From an uncultured Eubacteriales bacterium (lineage in GTDB: Bacteria; Actinomycetota; Coriobacteriia; Anaerosomatales; JAUVQN01): a DNA stretch of 64,000 bases. Positions 49,804-58,954 of the stretch are shown piece after piece. A program made the translations under genes and the position numbers. Location: NCBI GenBank assembly GCA_964406675.1, contig CAYOSP010000004.1:45426-109425 (forward strand). The letters are read 5' to 3'. Each line of letters opens with the position of its first letter. Position 1 is the stretch's first letter. Below the pieces are notes generated by a model, which had not been told where the DNA came from, searched no databases, and saw only the letters and a program-made list of their open reading frames with translations.

Positions 49804-50753
49804 GCGGCTTCCTCGGCGGGGTGGTGTGGGGGCTCGGCGGCGGCATCGCCATCGCGATCGCCGCGCTGTTCGGCGTGTGGCTCGAGCGCAAGGTCTCCGC
49901 GCGGATACAGATGCGGCTGGGCCCGCTCGAGACCGGTCCCGCCGGACTGCTGCAGACGTTCGCCGACACCCTCAAGCTCCTGCTCAAAGAGGACGTCACC
50001 CCTGCGGGCGCCGAGGTGGGGATGTTCCGCGCCGCGCCGCTCATCGTCTTCGCGCCGATCGCGATGTCCCTGGCCGTCATCCCGTTCGCCGCGGGTTGGG
50101 CCCCGCTTGACACGACGGTGGGAGTGCTCTTCTTCATCGCGGTACCCTCGGTCAGCGTCATCGGCATCCTGGTGGCCGGGTGGTCCTCGCGGAACACCTA
50201 CGCGACGCTCGGCGGGCTCCGTGCCGCCGCACAGATGGTCTCCTACGAGGTCCCGCGCACGCTCTCGATACTGTCGGTCGTCGTCCTGGCCGGCTCCCTG
50301 AGGCCGCTCGACGTGGTCGACGCGTGGGAGTGGTGGTGGATCCCGGCGCTCTTCATCGGGTTCGTGGTCTACCTCATCTCCTCCGCCGCCGAGCTCAATC
50401 GCGGCCCCTTCGACCTTCCCGAGGCGGAATCGGAGCTGGTGGCGGGGTACTTCGCCGACTACTCCGGCATCCGCTGGGCGATCTTCATGATGTCCGAATA
50501 CGGCGGGCTGCTCGCGGCGTCGCTCTTCGGTGCTGCGGTCTTCCTCGGCGGCCATCACGGGCTGCCGGGAGTGTGGGGCGGCCTGCTGCTCGTCGCGCTC
50601 GCGGTGCTGCTCGTCGTGGTCTTCATGTGGGCGAAATGGACGTTCCCGCGCATGCGCCCCGATCAGCTCATGTCGCTCGCGTGGAAGGTGCTCACCCCGA
50701 TGGCCCTCGTCCAATTGGCGATCGTGGGGGTGATCGTCCCATGGCTGGGATAG
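49800..50753 (+). CDS. nuoH: NADH-quinone oxidoreductase subunit H
   Basis: WLERKVSARIQMRLGP, ELNRGPFDLPEAESELVAGY, 8 TM helices. ATGA overlap with nuoD. Confidence 0.95.
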   Translation: MSGFLGGVVWGLGGGIAIAIAALFGVWLERKVSARIQMRLGPLETGPAGLLQTFADTLKLLLKEDVTPAGAEVGMFRAAPLIVFAPIAMSLAVIPFAAGWAPLDTTVGVLFFIAVPSVSVIGILVAGWSSRNTYATLGGLRAAAQMVSYEVPRTLSILSVVVLAGSLRPLDVVDAWEWWWIPALFIGFVVYLISSAAELNRGPFDLPEAESELVAGYFADYSGIRWAIFMMSEYGGLLAASLFGAAVFLGGHHGLPGVWGGLLLVALAVLLVVVFMWAKWTFPRMRPDQLMSLAWKVLTPMALVQLAIVGVIVPWLG

Positions 50754-52879
50754 ATCCCCGCAGCGTGCGCCCGGAGGCGCCGAAGGTCTTCGCCTCGGAC
50801 GACAAGCCGAACGGGCTCCGCGGATTCCTTCGCGGCTGGAAGTCCCTCGTCGTGGGGCTCGGCCTCACGAGCCGCAGGGCGCTGACGAAGCCGAAGACAC
50901 TGCGGTACCCGCACGAGAAGGTGACGCTCTCGCCGAGATGGAGGGGCGCGCTGCGCCTGCGGGGAGTCCTGGGCCGCGACGAGATCCCGATCCTGCGCGG
51001 CGATTCCACCGAGTACAACGCGCTCATCCAGGACCTCTACGAACGCGAGCGGCTCGCGCCCTGCGTCGGCAACTGCCCGGCCAACGTGGACGCCCGCGGC
51101 CAGAATTACTACGTGGCCGAAGGGGATCCCGTCTCCGCCTACGAACTGGTCCGCGAGCGCAACATCATGCCCGGGGTGCTCGGCCGGATCTGTCACCACC
51201 CCTGCGAGACCGCCTGCAGGCGCAACTTCTACGACGAGCCGCTCGCGGTACGGCCCATCCACCGTCAGATCGCCGAGGAGTTCGCCAAGGTGCGCGAGGA
51301 GCGGGTGAAGCCCTTCGAGCGCACCCGCCAGGAGCGGATCGTGGTCATCGGTTCCGGTCCGTCGGGGCTCACCGCGGCGTGGGACCTCCTCAAGCAGGGC
51401 TACGAGGTGGTCATGTACGAGAAGGAGGACAAGCCGGGCGGGGCGCTCTACACGGGAGTGCCGTCCTACCGCCTTCCCCGAGAGGTGCTCCACGATGAGA
51501 TCGACGACCTGGTGCGCGCCGGGCTGGACCTGCGGACCGGCGTCGAGGTCGGCAAGGACGTACGACTCGCCGACCTCATGGACGAGTACGACGCGGTGCT
51601 CGTGGCCGCCGGACTCGCGGTGAGCCGCATCCTCCCCATCCCGAACCACGACGCCGAGGGCGTCCGGGGCGCGCTCGAGTTCCTCAAGGAGGCGAACTTC
51701 CATCACGAGACCGGCGTGCGCGGCAAGCGCGTGCTCGTCATCGGCGGAGGGAACGTGGCGGTGGACGTCGCCCGGTGTGCGCTCAGGACGGGCGCGACCG
51801 ACGTGAGCCTCGCGTGTCTCGAAAGTGACGAAGAGATGCCGTGCCATCCCTGGGAGATCGAGGAGGCGGTCGAGGAGGGCGTCACCGCCATGTGCGGCAA
51901 CGGTCCCGAGGAGGTGCTCGTCGAGGACGGCAAGGTCGTCGGCATGCGGCTGAGGGAATGCCTGTCCGTCTTCGACGCGCAGGGCCGGTTCTCGCCGGAG
52001 ATGGGCGAGAACACCACGGACCTCCCGTGCGACGTGGTCGTGTTCGCCGTCGGCCAGGGCTCCCGGCTGGAGGACGTGGTCGAGGGCACGGACGTCGAGC
52101 TCGACGAGCGCGGCAACATGGTCGTGGACGGCAAGCTGTTCACGAGCACGAACCCGCGGGTCTTCGCCTGCGGCGAGGTCGTCACCGGTCCCGGCAGCTG
52201 TATCGCGTCGATCGCCACCGGGCACGAGGCCGCCACGTCGATCCACCGCTATCTGAGCGGGCAGAGCCTCAAGAAGGAGCGCGTCGAACGTCCGGTGCCG
52301 ATCTATGCGAAGTACGCCAAGGCCGACGTGCGCGACGTCGAGCCCTCCCGGCGGAGGGTGAGGATGCCGTTCGCGCGTCCGGAGGAACGGGCGACCGACT
52401 TCCGTCCTGTGGAGCTGGGCCTCACGTATCAGGAAGCGGTGGCCGAGGCCTCGCGATGCCTGCGCTGTCAGTCCGAGGTGTGCGTCGGGTGCACGTTCTG
52501 CGCGCGGACCTGCCCCGACTACGCGATCCAGGTGGAACGCGTCGACGATCCCGGCGAGCGCTGCCTCACGCGCTATGACCTCGATCTCACGAAGTGCTGC
52601 TACTGCGGTCTGTGTGCCGAGCAGTGCCCCACCAACGCGCTCGCGCACACCGGGCAGTACGAGCTGACCTTCTACCACCGGGACCTCATGATCTTCGACA
52701 AGAGCGAGATGCTCAGGGATGCCGGCGACACCCGTGCGACCGGGGCCGAGGGCCGGGAGGCGGCATGCTTCCCGCCCGGCGGCATGCGCCATCGGGGCCC
52801 GGGCGATCTCGAGGGCGGGACGGCGCTCGGCGAGCCTCCGGAGGCCATCAGGCCCAGGAAGGGGGGCGGCCGTGGCTGA
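50741..52879 (+). CDS. nuoI: NuoI carrying an inserted GltD/NfnB-like FAD/NAD(P)H oxidoreductase module
   Basis: A single 712-codon frame. Residues 1-78 are a NuoI N-terminus (KPKTLRYPHEKVTLSPRWRGALRL). CVGNCP and GRICHHPCETAC are Fe-S cysteine motifs. IVVIGSGPSGLTAAWDL..YEKEDKPGG and VLVIGGGNVAVDVARCA are dinucleotide folds. Residues 581-592 (CVGCTFCARTCP) and 619-630 (CCYCGLCAEQCP) precede the NuoI tail QYELTFYHRDLMIFDK. ATG 50741 overlaps nuoH by 13 nt. Confidence 0.85.
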   Translation: MAGIDPRSVRPEAPKVFASDDKPNGLRGFLRGWKSLVVGLGLTSRRALTKPKTLRYPHEKVTLSPRWRGALRLRGVLGRDEIPILRGDSTEYNALIQDLYERERLAPCVGNCPANVDARGQNYYVAEGDPVSAYELVRERNIMPGVLGRICHHPCETACRRNFYDEPLAVRPIHRQIAEEFAKVREERVKPFERTRQERIVVIGSGPSGLTAAWDLLKQGYEVVMYEKEDKPGGALYTGVPSYRLPREVLHDEIDDLVRAGLDLRTGVEVGKDVRLADLMDEYDAVLVAAGLAVSRILPIPNHDAEGVRGALEFLKEANFHHETGVRGKRVLVIGGGNVAVDVARCALRTGATDVSLACLESDEEMPCHPWEIEEAVEEGVTAMCGNGPEEVLVEDGKVVGMRLRECLSVFDAQGRFSPEMGENTTDLPCDVVVFAVGQGSRLEDVVEGTDVELDERGNMVVDGKLFTSTNPRVFACGEVVTGPGSCIASIATGHEAATSIHRYLSGQSLKKERVERPVPIYAKYAKADVRDVEPSRRRVRMPFARPEERATDFRPVELGLTYQEAVAEASRCLRCQSEVCVGCTFCARTCPDYAIQVERVDDPGERCLTRYDLDLTKCCYCGLCAEQCPTNALAHTGQYELTFYHRDLMIFDKSEMLRDAGDTRATGAEGREAACFPPGGMRHRGPGDLEGGTALGEPPEAIRPRKGGGRG

Positions 52880-53366
52880 GTGGGTGTTCTGGGGACTCTC
52901 CGCGCTCGTGGTGATCGGCGCGCTCGTGGTGATACTGTGCCGCGATATCATGCGGATGGTACTCGCCCTCGCCACGTTCCTGTTGTCGACCGCCGGGTTC
53001 TTCCTCTTCTACGGCATGGCGTTCCTCGCGGCCGCGCAGGTCTTCGTGTACGTGGGCGGCGTGCTCGTGCTCGTGCTCTTCGCCGTGATGGTGGTGCGTC
53101 GCACGGAGGCCGGACGGCCGCTCCTCGAGAGCCGGCACGACCTGAGCGCCGCGGTCATCTCGGTGGGACTCTTCGCGCTCCTCGTCCGCATGCTCGGGCC
53201 GAGCGCTCCCGAGGTGTCGGAGGTGTCGATCCCGGAGACCTCTCTCGCCGAACTCACAGAGATCCTGCTGGGCCCGATGCTGCCGCACCTGGAACTCATC
53301 GGCGTGCTGCTGCTCATCGCGCTCGTGGCCGCCGTCGCCGTCATCGGGAGGGAGGAGCGCTCGTGA
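52872..53366 (+). CDS. nuoJ: NADH-quinone oxidoreductase subunit J
   Basis: (M)AEWVFWGLSALVVIGALVVI...AAAQVFVYVGGVLVLVLF, 5 TM helices. GTG 52872 overlaps the nuoI end. Confidence 0.85.
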   Translation: MAEWVFWGLSALVVIGALVVILCRDIMRMVLALATFLLSTAGFFLFYGMAFLAAAQVFVYVGGVLVLVLFAVMVVRRTEAGRPLLESRHDLSAAVISVGLFALLVRMLGPSAPEVSEVSIPETSLAELTEILLGPMLPHLELIGVLLLIALVAAVAVIGREERS

Positions 53367-53665
53367 ACGTCGTCTACGTGACCGCCGCCCTCTTCTGCAT
53401 CGGCCTCTACGGCGTGCTCACCCGACGCGAGCTCATCGCCGTACTCGCGAGCCTCGAGCTCATGATGGGAGCGGCGAACATCCAGCTGGTCGCATACGCC
53501 GCGTCTTCCGGCGAGGGCGCCCTGCACGCGGCCGGTCAGGGCCTCGGGCTCGTGGTCCTCGCGCTGGCCGCGGCGGAAGCCGCCGTGGGGTTGGCGATAT
53601 TGGTGACGATGTCCCGTCGCTGGAAGCTCGCCCGTGTCGAGGAGCTCACGGAGGTGCAGGGCTAG
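53363..53665 (+). CDS. nuoK: NADH-quinone oxidoreductase subunit K
   Basis: 100 aa, 3 TM helices, LASLELMMGAANI...AAAEAAVGLAI. GTGA overlap with nuoJ. Confidence 0.9.
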   Translation: MNVVYVTAALFCIGLYGVLTRRELIAVLASLELMMGAANIQLVAYAASSGEGALHAAGQGLGLVVLALAAAEAAVGLAILVTMSRRWKLARVEELTEVQG

Positions 53666-55528
53666 ATGGACTGGCTGGTGGAGCACGCCTATCTCGCTCC
53701 GGCGGTCCCGTTCGCCTTGAGCGCGGTCCTGTTCCTGCTCGGCAGGTTCCTCGGCCGCGCGTCCGCATGGCTCGCGATGCTCGGTCCCGTCTGGGTGCTG
53801 CTGACCGGCGCGGGCGCGCTGGCCGCGGTCTGGAGCGCCGGGCACGGCGGCATGCTCGCGCCGCCGTGGGTCGGACACCGGGCGGCGAGCGGCTCGGTCA
53901 CGTGGATGTCGCTGGGGGGCGTGGACATCGGGATGGGCTTCTCGGTGGACGGACTCTCGGCGATCATGCTCGCGGTGGTCGGTCTCGTGTCGCTCATGGT
54001 GATGCTGTTCTCGGTCGGGTACATGGCCGCCGACGAGGACTACGTGCGCTACTTCGAGACGCTCTCGCTCTTCACCGCGTCGATGACCGGTCTGGTCATA
54101 GCCGACGGTCTCATCGGCCTGTTCCTCGCCTGGGAACTCGTGGGCGTGTGCTCCTACCTGCTGATCGGGTTCTGGTACGAGAAGCCCTCCGCGTCCGCGG
54201 CGGCCATCAAGGCGTTCATGGTGACCCGTGTGGGCGACGTCGGGTTCCTGCTGGGACTCGCGTACCTGTGGAGCCAGGCCGGCGCGCTCTCGCTCGAGGG
54301 CGTCATGGCCTGGGTGCCGAGCGCGGGCGGCGCGGCCGTGGTCACCGCGGCGCTGCTCCTCTTCGCGGGCGCGGCGGGCAAGTCCGCGCAGTTCCCGCTG
54401 CACATCTGGCTCCCGGACGCCATGGAAGGCCCCACGCCGGTCTCCGCGCTCATCCACGCCGCGACCATGGTCGCGGCGGGCGTCTTCCTGGTGGGCCGCA
54501 CGTGGCCGCTGTTCGAGGCCGCCGAGGCGGCCCGCACGGTGATGCTCGCGTGCGCGATCGTCACCGCGCTCGGGGCCGCGACGGTCGCGGTCGCCCAGCG
54601 CGACATCAAGAAGGTGCTCGCGTACTCGACCATCAGCCAGCTCGGCTTCATGTTCGCGGCGCTCGCGGTGGGAGCGTGGCGGATAGCGGTCTTCCACCTC
54701 GTGACGCACGCGGCGTTCAAGGCGCTGCTCTTCCTGGCTTCGGGCAGCGTGATCCACGGCGCCGAGACCCAGGACATGCGCGAGATGGGCGGGCTCGCGA
54801 GGAAGATGCCGGTCACGGCGGCCACCTGGGTCGTCGGCGCGGCGGCGCTCGCCGGCATCCCGCCGCTCGCGGGCTTCTTCTCCAAGGACGAGGTCGTCCA
54901 CGCGGTGACCGCCTCCTCGCCGCTCGTGGGCGTCCTGCTCCTGCTCGCGTCCCTGCTCACCGCCTTCTACATCACGCGCGCCACCCTGCTCACGTTCACC
55001 GGGGATTACCGGGGGACGCATCATCCGCACGAGTCCGGACCGTCCATGCTCGTCCCGCTCGCGGTGCTCGCCGTCGCGAGCGCGGTCCTCGGCTTCTTCG
55101 GACACTCGATCGCGGAGGCGCTGGGCGGGGAGGCCGAAGCGCTCGACGCCGTGACCGCCGCGGTGTCCGTCGCGGTGGCCCTGACCGGCGTCGCGGCGGC
55201 CTGGCTGCTCTACCGACCGCAGGGTGCGGGCGACGAGGCGGTCGAGCTCAGGCTGGGGCGCGGCTGGAGCGTGCTTGCGGAGGCCTACGGATTCGACGCG
55301 GCGGTGACGCGGGGCTCGGTGGGGATCCTGCGGGGACTCGCCGGGGTGGCCTACGCGGTCGTCGACCGACTCGTGTTCGACGGCGTGGCCGAGGGCGCGG
55401 CCGGTCTGTCGCGGTCCTTCGGGCGCGGCGTCTCGCGCGTGCAGAACGGCGACGTGCACTGGTACGGCGCGCTCGCCGGTGCGGGCGTCATCGTCATGAT
55501 CGCCGTCACGATACTCGCGGGGAGGTGA
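53666..55528 (+). CDS. nuoL: NADH-quinone oxidoreductase subunit L
   Basis: Antiporter-like subunit: WELVGVCSYLLIGFW, GKSAQFPLHIWLPDAMEGPTPVSALIHAATMV, with a C-terminal lateral helix and TM region. 620 aa. Confidence 0.95.
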   Translation: MDWLVEHAYLAPAVPFALSAVLFLLGRFLGRASAWLAMLGPVWVLLTGAGALAAVWSAGHGGMLAPPWVGHRAASGSVTWMSLGGVDIGMGFSVDGLSAIMLAVVGLVSLMVMLFSVGYMAADEDYVRYFETLSLFTASMTGLVIADGLIGLFLAWELVGVCSYLLIGFWYEKPSASAAAIKAFMVTRVGDVGFLLGLAYLWSQAGALSLEGVMAWVPSAGGAAVVTAALLLFAGAAGKSAQFPLHIWLPDAMEGPTPVSALIHAATMVAAGVFLVGRTWPLFEAAEAARTVMLACAIVTALGAATVAVAQRDIKKVLAYSTISQLGFMFAALAVGAWRIAVFHLVTHAAFKALLFLASGSVIHGAETQDMREMGGLARKMPVTAATWVVGAAALAGIPPLAGFFSKDEVVHAVTASSPLVGVLLLLASLLTAFYITRATLLTFTGDYRGTHHPHESGPSMLVPLAVLAVASAVLGFFGHSIAEALGGEAEALDAVTAAVSVAVALTGVAAAWLLYRPQGAGDEAVELRLGRGWSVLAEAYGFDAAVTRGSVGILRGLAGVAYAVVDRLVFDGVAEGAAGLSRSFGRGVSRVQNGDVHWYGALAGAGVIVMIAVTILAGR

Positions 55529-55532
55529 GCCG

Positions 55533-56981
55533 GTGCTGTTGAGCCTGCTGATAGCGCTGCCGCTGGCCGGTCTTCTGGCGACCGTCCTCGTCGGCAGGGT
55601 CCGGCCCACCGCCGCGCGGTGGACGGCCTTGCTCGCCGCACTCGGCGAGGTGGCCCTGTGCGTCGCGGCAGCGGACGCCTGGTACGCAGGGCAACCCGCG
55701 CCGTTGGTGGAGTCCTTCGCGGCCGACGTGCGGTTCACGTTCTGGTCGCTCTCACTCGACGGGCTGTCGCTGCCGCTCGTGGGACTGACCGTGGTGCTCA
55801 CCGTCGTCGCGGTGCTCGCCTCGTGGCGCGTGGAACACAACCCGGGCGCGCACCACGCGCTCCTGCTCGGCCTGCAGGCCGCGACGGTGGCGGTGTTCCT
55901 CGCCGAGGACCTGGTGCTCTTCTACGTCGCGTGGGAGGCCGTGCTCATCCCGATGTTCTTCCTGATCGGGAAGTGGGGTCACGAACGGCGCAGGCACGCC
56001 GCCATGAAGTTCTTCCTGTACACGTTCGCTGGAAGCGCGCTCATGCTCGTGGGCATCCTGCTCGTGCTGTCCCACACCGGGCAGTCCGGCATCACCGCCG
56101 CCGTCCAGACGGGACTGCCGCCCGGCGCCGGCGGCCTGATCTTCTGGCTGATCGCCGCGGGCCTCCTGGTGAAGGTGCCCGTCGTGCCGCTGCACACATG
56201 GCTCCCGGACGCCCACGTCGAGGCCCCGACGGCCGGCTCCATCATGCTCGCGGGCGTGCTCCTCAAGATGGGCGGCTACGGCCTCATCCGGCTCGCCGCG
56301 CCCCTCGCGCCGCAGGCCTTCCAGGACGCCGCCCCGGTGCTCGCCGCGCTCGGCATGGTGGGCATCGCGTACGGCGCGCTCGTCGCCATGGCGCAGACCG
56401 ATCTGAAGCGCCTGGTCGCGTACGGTTCCGTGGCGCACATGGGATTCGTGGTGCTCGCCGTCTCGGTGGCCACGCCCGCGGCGTTCTCCGCCGCGATGCT
56501 CGCGATGGTGAGCCACGGCTTCATCTCCGCACTCCTGTTCCTGCTCGTCGGAGCGCTGTACGAACGCACCCACACGCGGAGGATCGCCCGCTTCGGGGGT
56601 CTCATGCGGACGATGCCCACATGGGGCGTGGCGTTCTCGTTCGGAGCGCTCGCGAGCCTCGGCCTTCCCGGTCTATCCGGCTTCCCCGGCGAGCTGGTCA
56701 CCATGCTCGAGGCCTACGGCGCGTGGGGCTGGTGGATCGTGGTGCCCGGGGTGGGCCTCGCGGTGTCCGCGGCGTATCACCTGTGGGCGGTGAGGCGTGT
56801 GAACCATGGTCCGGTCGTCGAGGAGTGGGCCGGCCTCACGGACCTCGGGCTCGATGAGCGCCTCGCGGTCCTGCCGCTGGTGGCGGGGATCGTCGCCGTC
56901 GGCGTGTGGCCCGCGATCGTGACGACGGTGAGCGATCCCGTGATGCGGAGCCTCGCCTTCCTGGCGGGAGGGGGCGCCTGA
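55533..56981 (+). CDS. nuoM: NADH-quinone oxidoreductase subunit M
   Basis: Antiporter-like subunit: WEAVLIPMFFLIGKWG, KVPVVPLHTWLPDAHVEAPTAGSIMLAGVLLKMGGYG. Confidence 0.95.
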   Translation: MLLSLLIALPLAGLLATVLVGRVRPTAARWTALLAALGEVALCVAAADAWYAGQPAPLVESFAADVRFTFWSLSLDGLSLPLVGLTVVLTVVAVLASWRVEHNPGAHHALLLGLQAATVAVFLAEDLVLFYVAWEAVLIPMFFLIGKWGHERRRHAAMKFFLYTFAGSALMLVGILLVLSHTGQSGITAAVQTGLPPGAGGLIFWLIAAGLLVKVPVVPLHTWLPDAHVEAPTAGSIMLAGVLLKMGGYGLIRLAAPLAPQAFQDAAPVLAALGMVGIAYGALVAMAQTDLKRLVAYGSVAHMGFVVLAVSVATPAAFSAAMLAMVSHGFISALLFLLVGALYERTHTRRIARFGGLMRTMPTWGVAFSFGALASLGLPGLSGFPGELVTMLEAYGAWGWWIVVPGVGLAVSAAYHLWAVRRVNHGPVVEEWAGLTDLGLDERLAVLPLVAGIVAVGVWPAIVTTVSDPVMRSLAFLAGGGA

Positions 56982-58444
56982 TGACCGCCACCGTCCAGAC
57001 CTGGGGTCTCCTGCAATCCGCCGCGCCGGTCTTCGTGGGGGTCGGTGTCGCGCTCGTCGTGCTGGTGCTCGACGCCCTGCATCTGCGCAAAGCGGCCGTG
57101 GGTATCGCGATCGTGGGCCTGTTCGCGGCAGCCGGGGTGTGCCTGTGGTCCGGTCTGAACGTGGACTCGGCGGTCGTGGAGGACGTGGCGGTGTTCGGCG
57201 GCGCCGTGTCCGGCCTGGCCGCGTTCACGTACCTGCTCGGCGCGCTCGCGCTCCTCGGTTCGGCGGAGTGGCTGGTCGCCTCCGAGAGCGGTGGGGTGGC
57301 GGGCGGGCTCGTCGCGTTCGGCGGCGCGGCCTCCGCGCTCCTGATGGGCTCGTCGGACCTGGCCGTGACCGTCATCGCGCTCGAGGTGCTCGCACTCACC
57401 GGGTACGCGCTGGTAGCGACGGGGGGGACCGCGCGGGCCTACGAGGCCTCCATGAAGTACTTCGTGCAGGGGGCCGTCGTGGCCGGGGTGATGCTGTACG
57501 GTCTGGCGATCGGCTTCGGCGCGGTGGGCTCGTCGCTCGCGTACCGTGATCTCGCCGCCCCGTTCCAGGCCACGGTGGTCTCGCAGCCGGCGACGATCTT
57601 CATCCTGTTCATGCTCGCGGCGTTCGCGTTCAAGCTCGGCGCCGCGCCCTTCCATTCGTGGGCTCCCGACGCGTATGAGACCGCACCCTCGGGCATCGCC
57701 GCGGCCGTCGCCTCCGGACCGAAGGTCGCCGTGCTCACGGGCGCGGGCATCCTGTTCGCGGGGGTCGCGGGGGCGGTGGACCGGTCGACCGGGGAATGGG
57801 CGCCCGTGTGGCTCTGGGCGGCCGTGGTGGTCGCCATGCTCTCGATCGTCGTCGGGAACTTCGGCGGTCTGCGACAGCTGCGCTACCAGCGGATGCTCGC
57901 GTACTCGGGGATCGCGCAGGTCGGGTACGCCGTGGCGGGATTCGTCGCGCTGGGAAGCCGCTTCGCGGAGATGATCCTGTTCGGTCTCACCTACACGTTC
58001 GCGGTGGTGGCCGGGTTCCTCGTGGTCGACGCGGTGCGTGAGTCACAGCCGGACTGGAACGGCAACACCCCGGCGCTGGCCGGCTTGGGCGTCCGCCGAC
58101 CGTTCCTGGCCGCCGCGATCTCGGTGGTCATGCTCTCACTCACCGGCATACCGCTCACCGTGGGGTTCTGGGGAAAGTTCTTCCTGTTGAACGGGATCGC
58201 CTCCTCGGGCTGGGAATGGCTCGCCGTCGCGGTGATCGTGGGCTCGGTGGTCTCGTTCGGGTACTACGGCGGCGTCATCAGGTCCATGTACCTAGAAGAG
58301 CCCGCAGCGCCCGTGGCCATGACGACGCGGCGTCCGGGAGCCGCGACCTGGACCGTGCTGCTGATCGCTCTCGCCATCCTGGCCGGGGGCGTCCTTCCGC
58401 TGTTCACGGGCCCTGAGTGGCTCTTCGCGATCTTCAGTCTGTGA
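56981..58444 (+). CDS. nuoN: NADH-quinone oxidoreductase subunit N
   Basis: Antiporter-like subunit: FKLGAAPFHSWAPDAYETAPSGIAA. ATG 56981 shares its A with the nuoM TGA. Confidence 0.9.
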   Translation: MTATVQTWGLLQSAAPVFVGVGVALVVLVLDALHLRKAAVGIAIVGLFAAAGVCLWSGLNVDSAVVEDVAVFGGAVSGLAAFTYLLGALALLGSAEWLVASESGGVAGGLVAFGGAASALLMGSSDLAVTVIALEVLALTGYALVATGGTARAYEASMKYFVQGAVVAGVMLYGLAIGFGAVGSSLAYRDLAAPFQATVVSQPATIFILFMLAAFAFKLGAAPFHSWAPDAYETAPSGIAAAVASGPKVAVLTGAGILFAGVAGAVDRSTGEWAPVWLWAAVVVAMLSIVVGNFGGLRQLRYQRMLAYSGIAQVGYAVAGFVALGSRFAEMILFGLTYTFAVVAGFLVVDAVRESQPDWNGNTPALAGLGVRRPFLAAAISVVMLSLTGIPLTVGFWGKFFLLNGIASSGWEWLAVAVIVGSVVSFGYYGGVIRSMYLEEPAAPVAMTTRRPGAATWTVLLIALAILAGGVLPLFTGPEWLFAIFSL

Positions 58445-58519
58445 CGGGCAGAAGGTCCGGTCCGCGTGACGTGTAGTATCGGTATCGGAGCGTTGCCCAG
58501 CGGCAACCCCCTTACCCCT

Positions 58520-58560
58520 GAGCCTCAAGGTGCCGGCCTTGGGGCTCCCCCCTCTTTGTG
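58520..58560 (+). terminator. Candidate terminator of the nuo operon
   Basis: GAGCCTCAAGG-tgccgg-CCTTGGGGCTC (11-bp stem with one G:U pair), then a CCCCTC-tttgt-GAGGGG hairpin with a CTCTTTGTG stretch. There is no clean U-tract. Confidence 0.35.
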
Positions 58561-58690
58561 AGGGGTCTCGGGCGACCTCCGGGGCTCTCTGCCGGCTTCT
58601 CGTGGGGGCTTCGGATGTTCTGTGCGGTGCGTCACGCGTGTCGGACGGATGTCGGTCAAGCGGGGCGCGCGGTGCGCCGATATCAGTCCC

Positions 58691-58954
58691 ATGATCATCT
58701 CAGAGGAACAAGTCGCCATGGTGCTCGCCTGTAAGCGCGAGGATATCCCCATCTTCGCCGAGGACCGCGAAGCGGTGCGGTGCACGGTGTCCGACGAGTG
58801 CTTGGCCCGGGCACGCGCGTCCCTGGACCTCGCTCCGGACGTGCGGGCGGACCGGGTGCTCGAAGCGCGGCGTCATCTGAACGGCCACCGCCCGAACGCT
58901 CGCGCGGTGGTGGACAAGATGCTCGGGAGGATGCTCTCCGACTCGCTGCGCTGA
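58691..58954 (+). CDS. Hypothetical small protein with FlgM-like (anti-sigma-28-type) C-terminus
   Basis: APDVRADRVLEARRHLNGHRPNARAVVDKMLGRML resembles the FlgM C-terminal helix pattern. The start is uncertain (58622, 58649 or 58691). Confidence 0.35.
   Translation: MIISEEQVAMVLACKREDIPIFAEDREAVRCTVSDECLARARASLDLAPDVRADRVLEARRHLNGHRPNARAVVDKMLGRMLSDSLR

Noticed and set aside
47239-58444. Reading the nuo-like cluster as an Ech/Mbh-type energy-converting hydrogenase or an F420-dependent Fpo complex.
   Set aside because: NuoD lacks both NiFe-binding CxxC motifs (it has PSHPSTHGV and DPVFGEVDR). All of NuoA/J/K/L/M/N are present as in complex I. No FpoF/FpoO-like or hydrogenase maturation genes are present.
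58445-58690. A riboswitch or ncRNA in the hairpin-rich 250-nt gap after nuoN (GTTGCC-cagc-GGCAAC, GAGCCTCAAGG...CCTTGGGGCTC, CCCCTC-tttgt-GAGGGG).
   Set aside because: I could not match it to any conserved riboswitch core I know (c-di-GMP-I/II, TPP, SAM and others). The hairpins are adequately explained as operon terminator structures. A covariance-model scan would be needed to say more.
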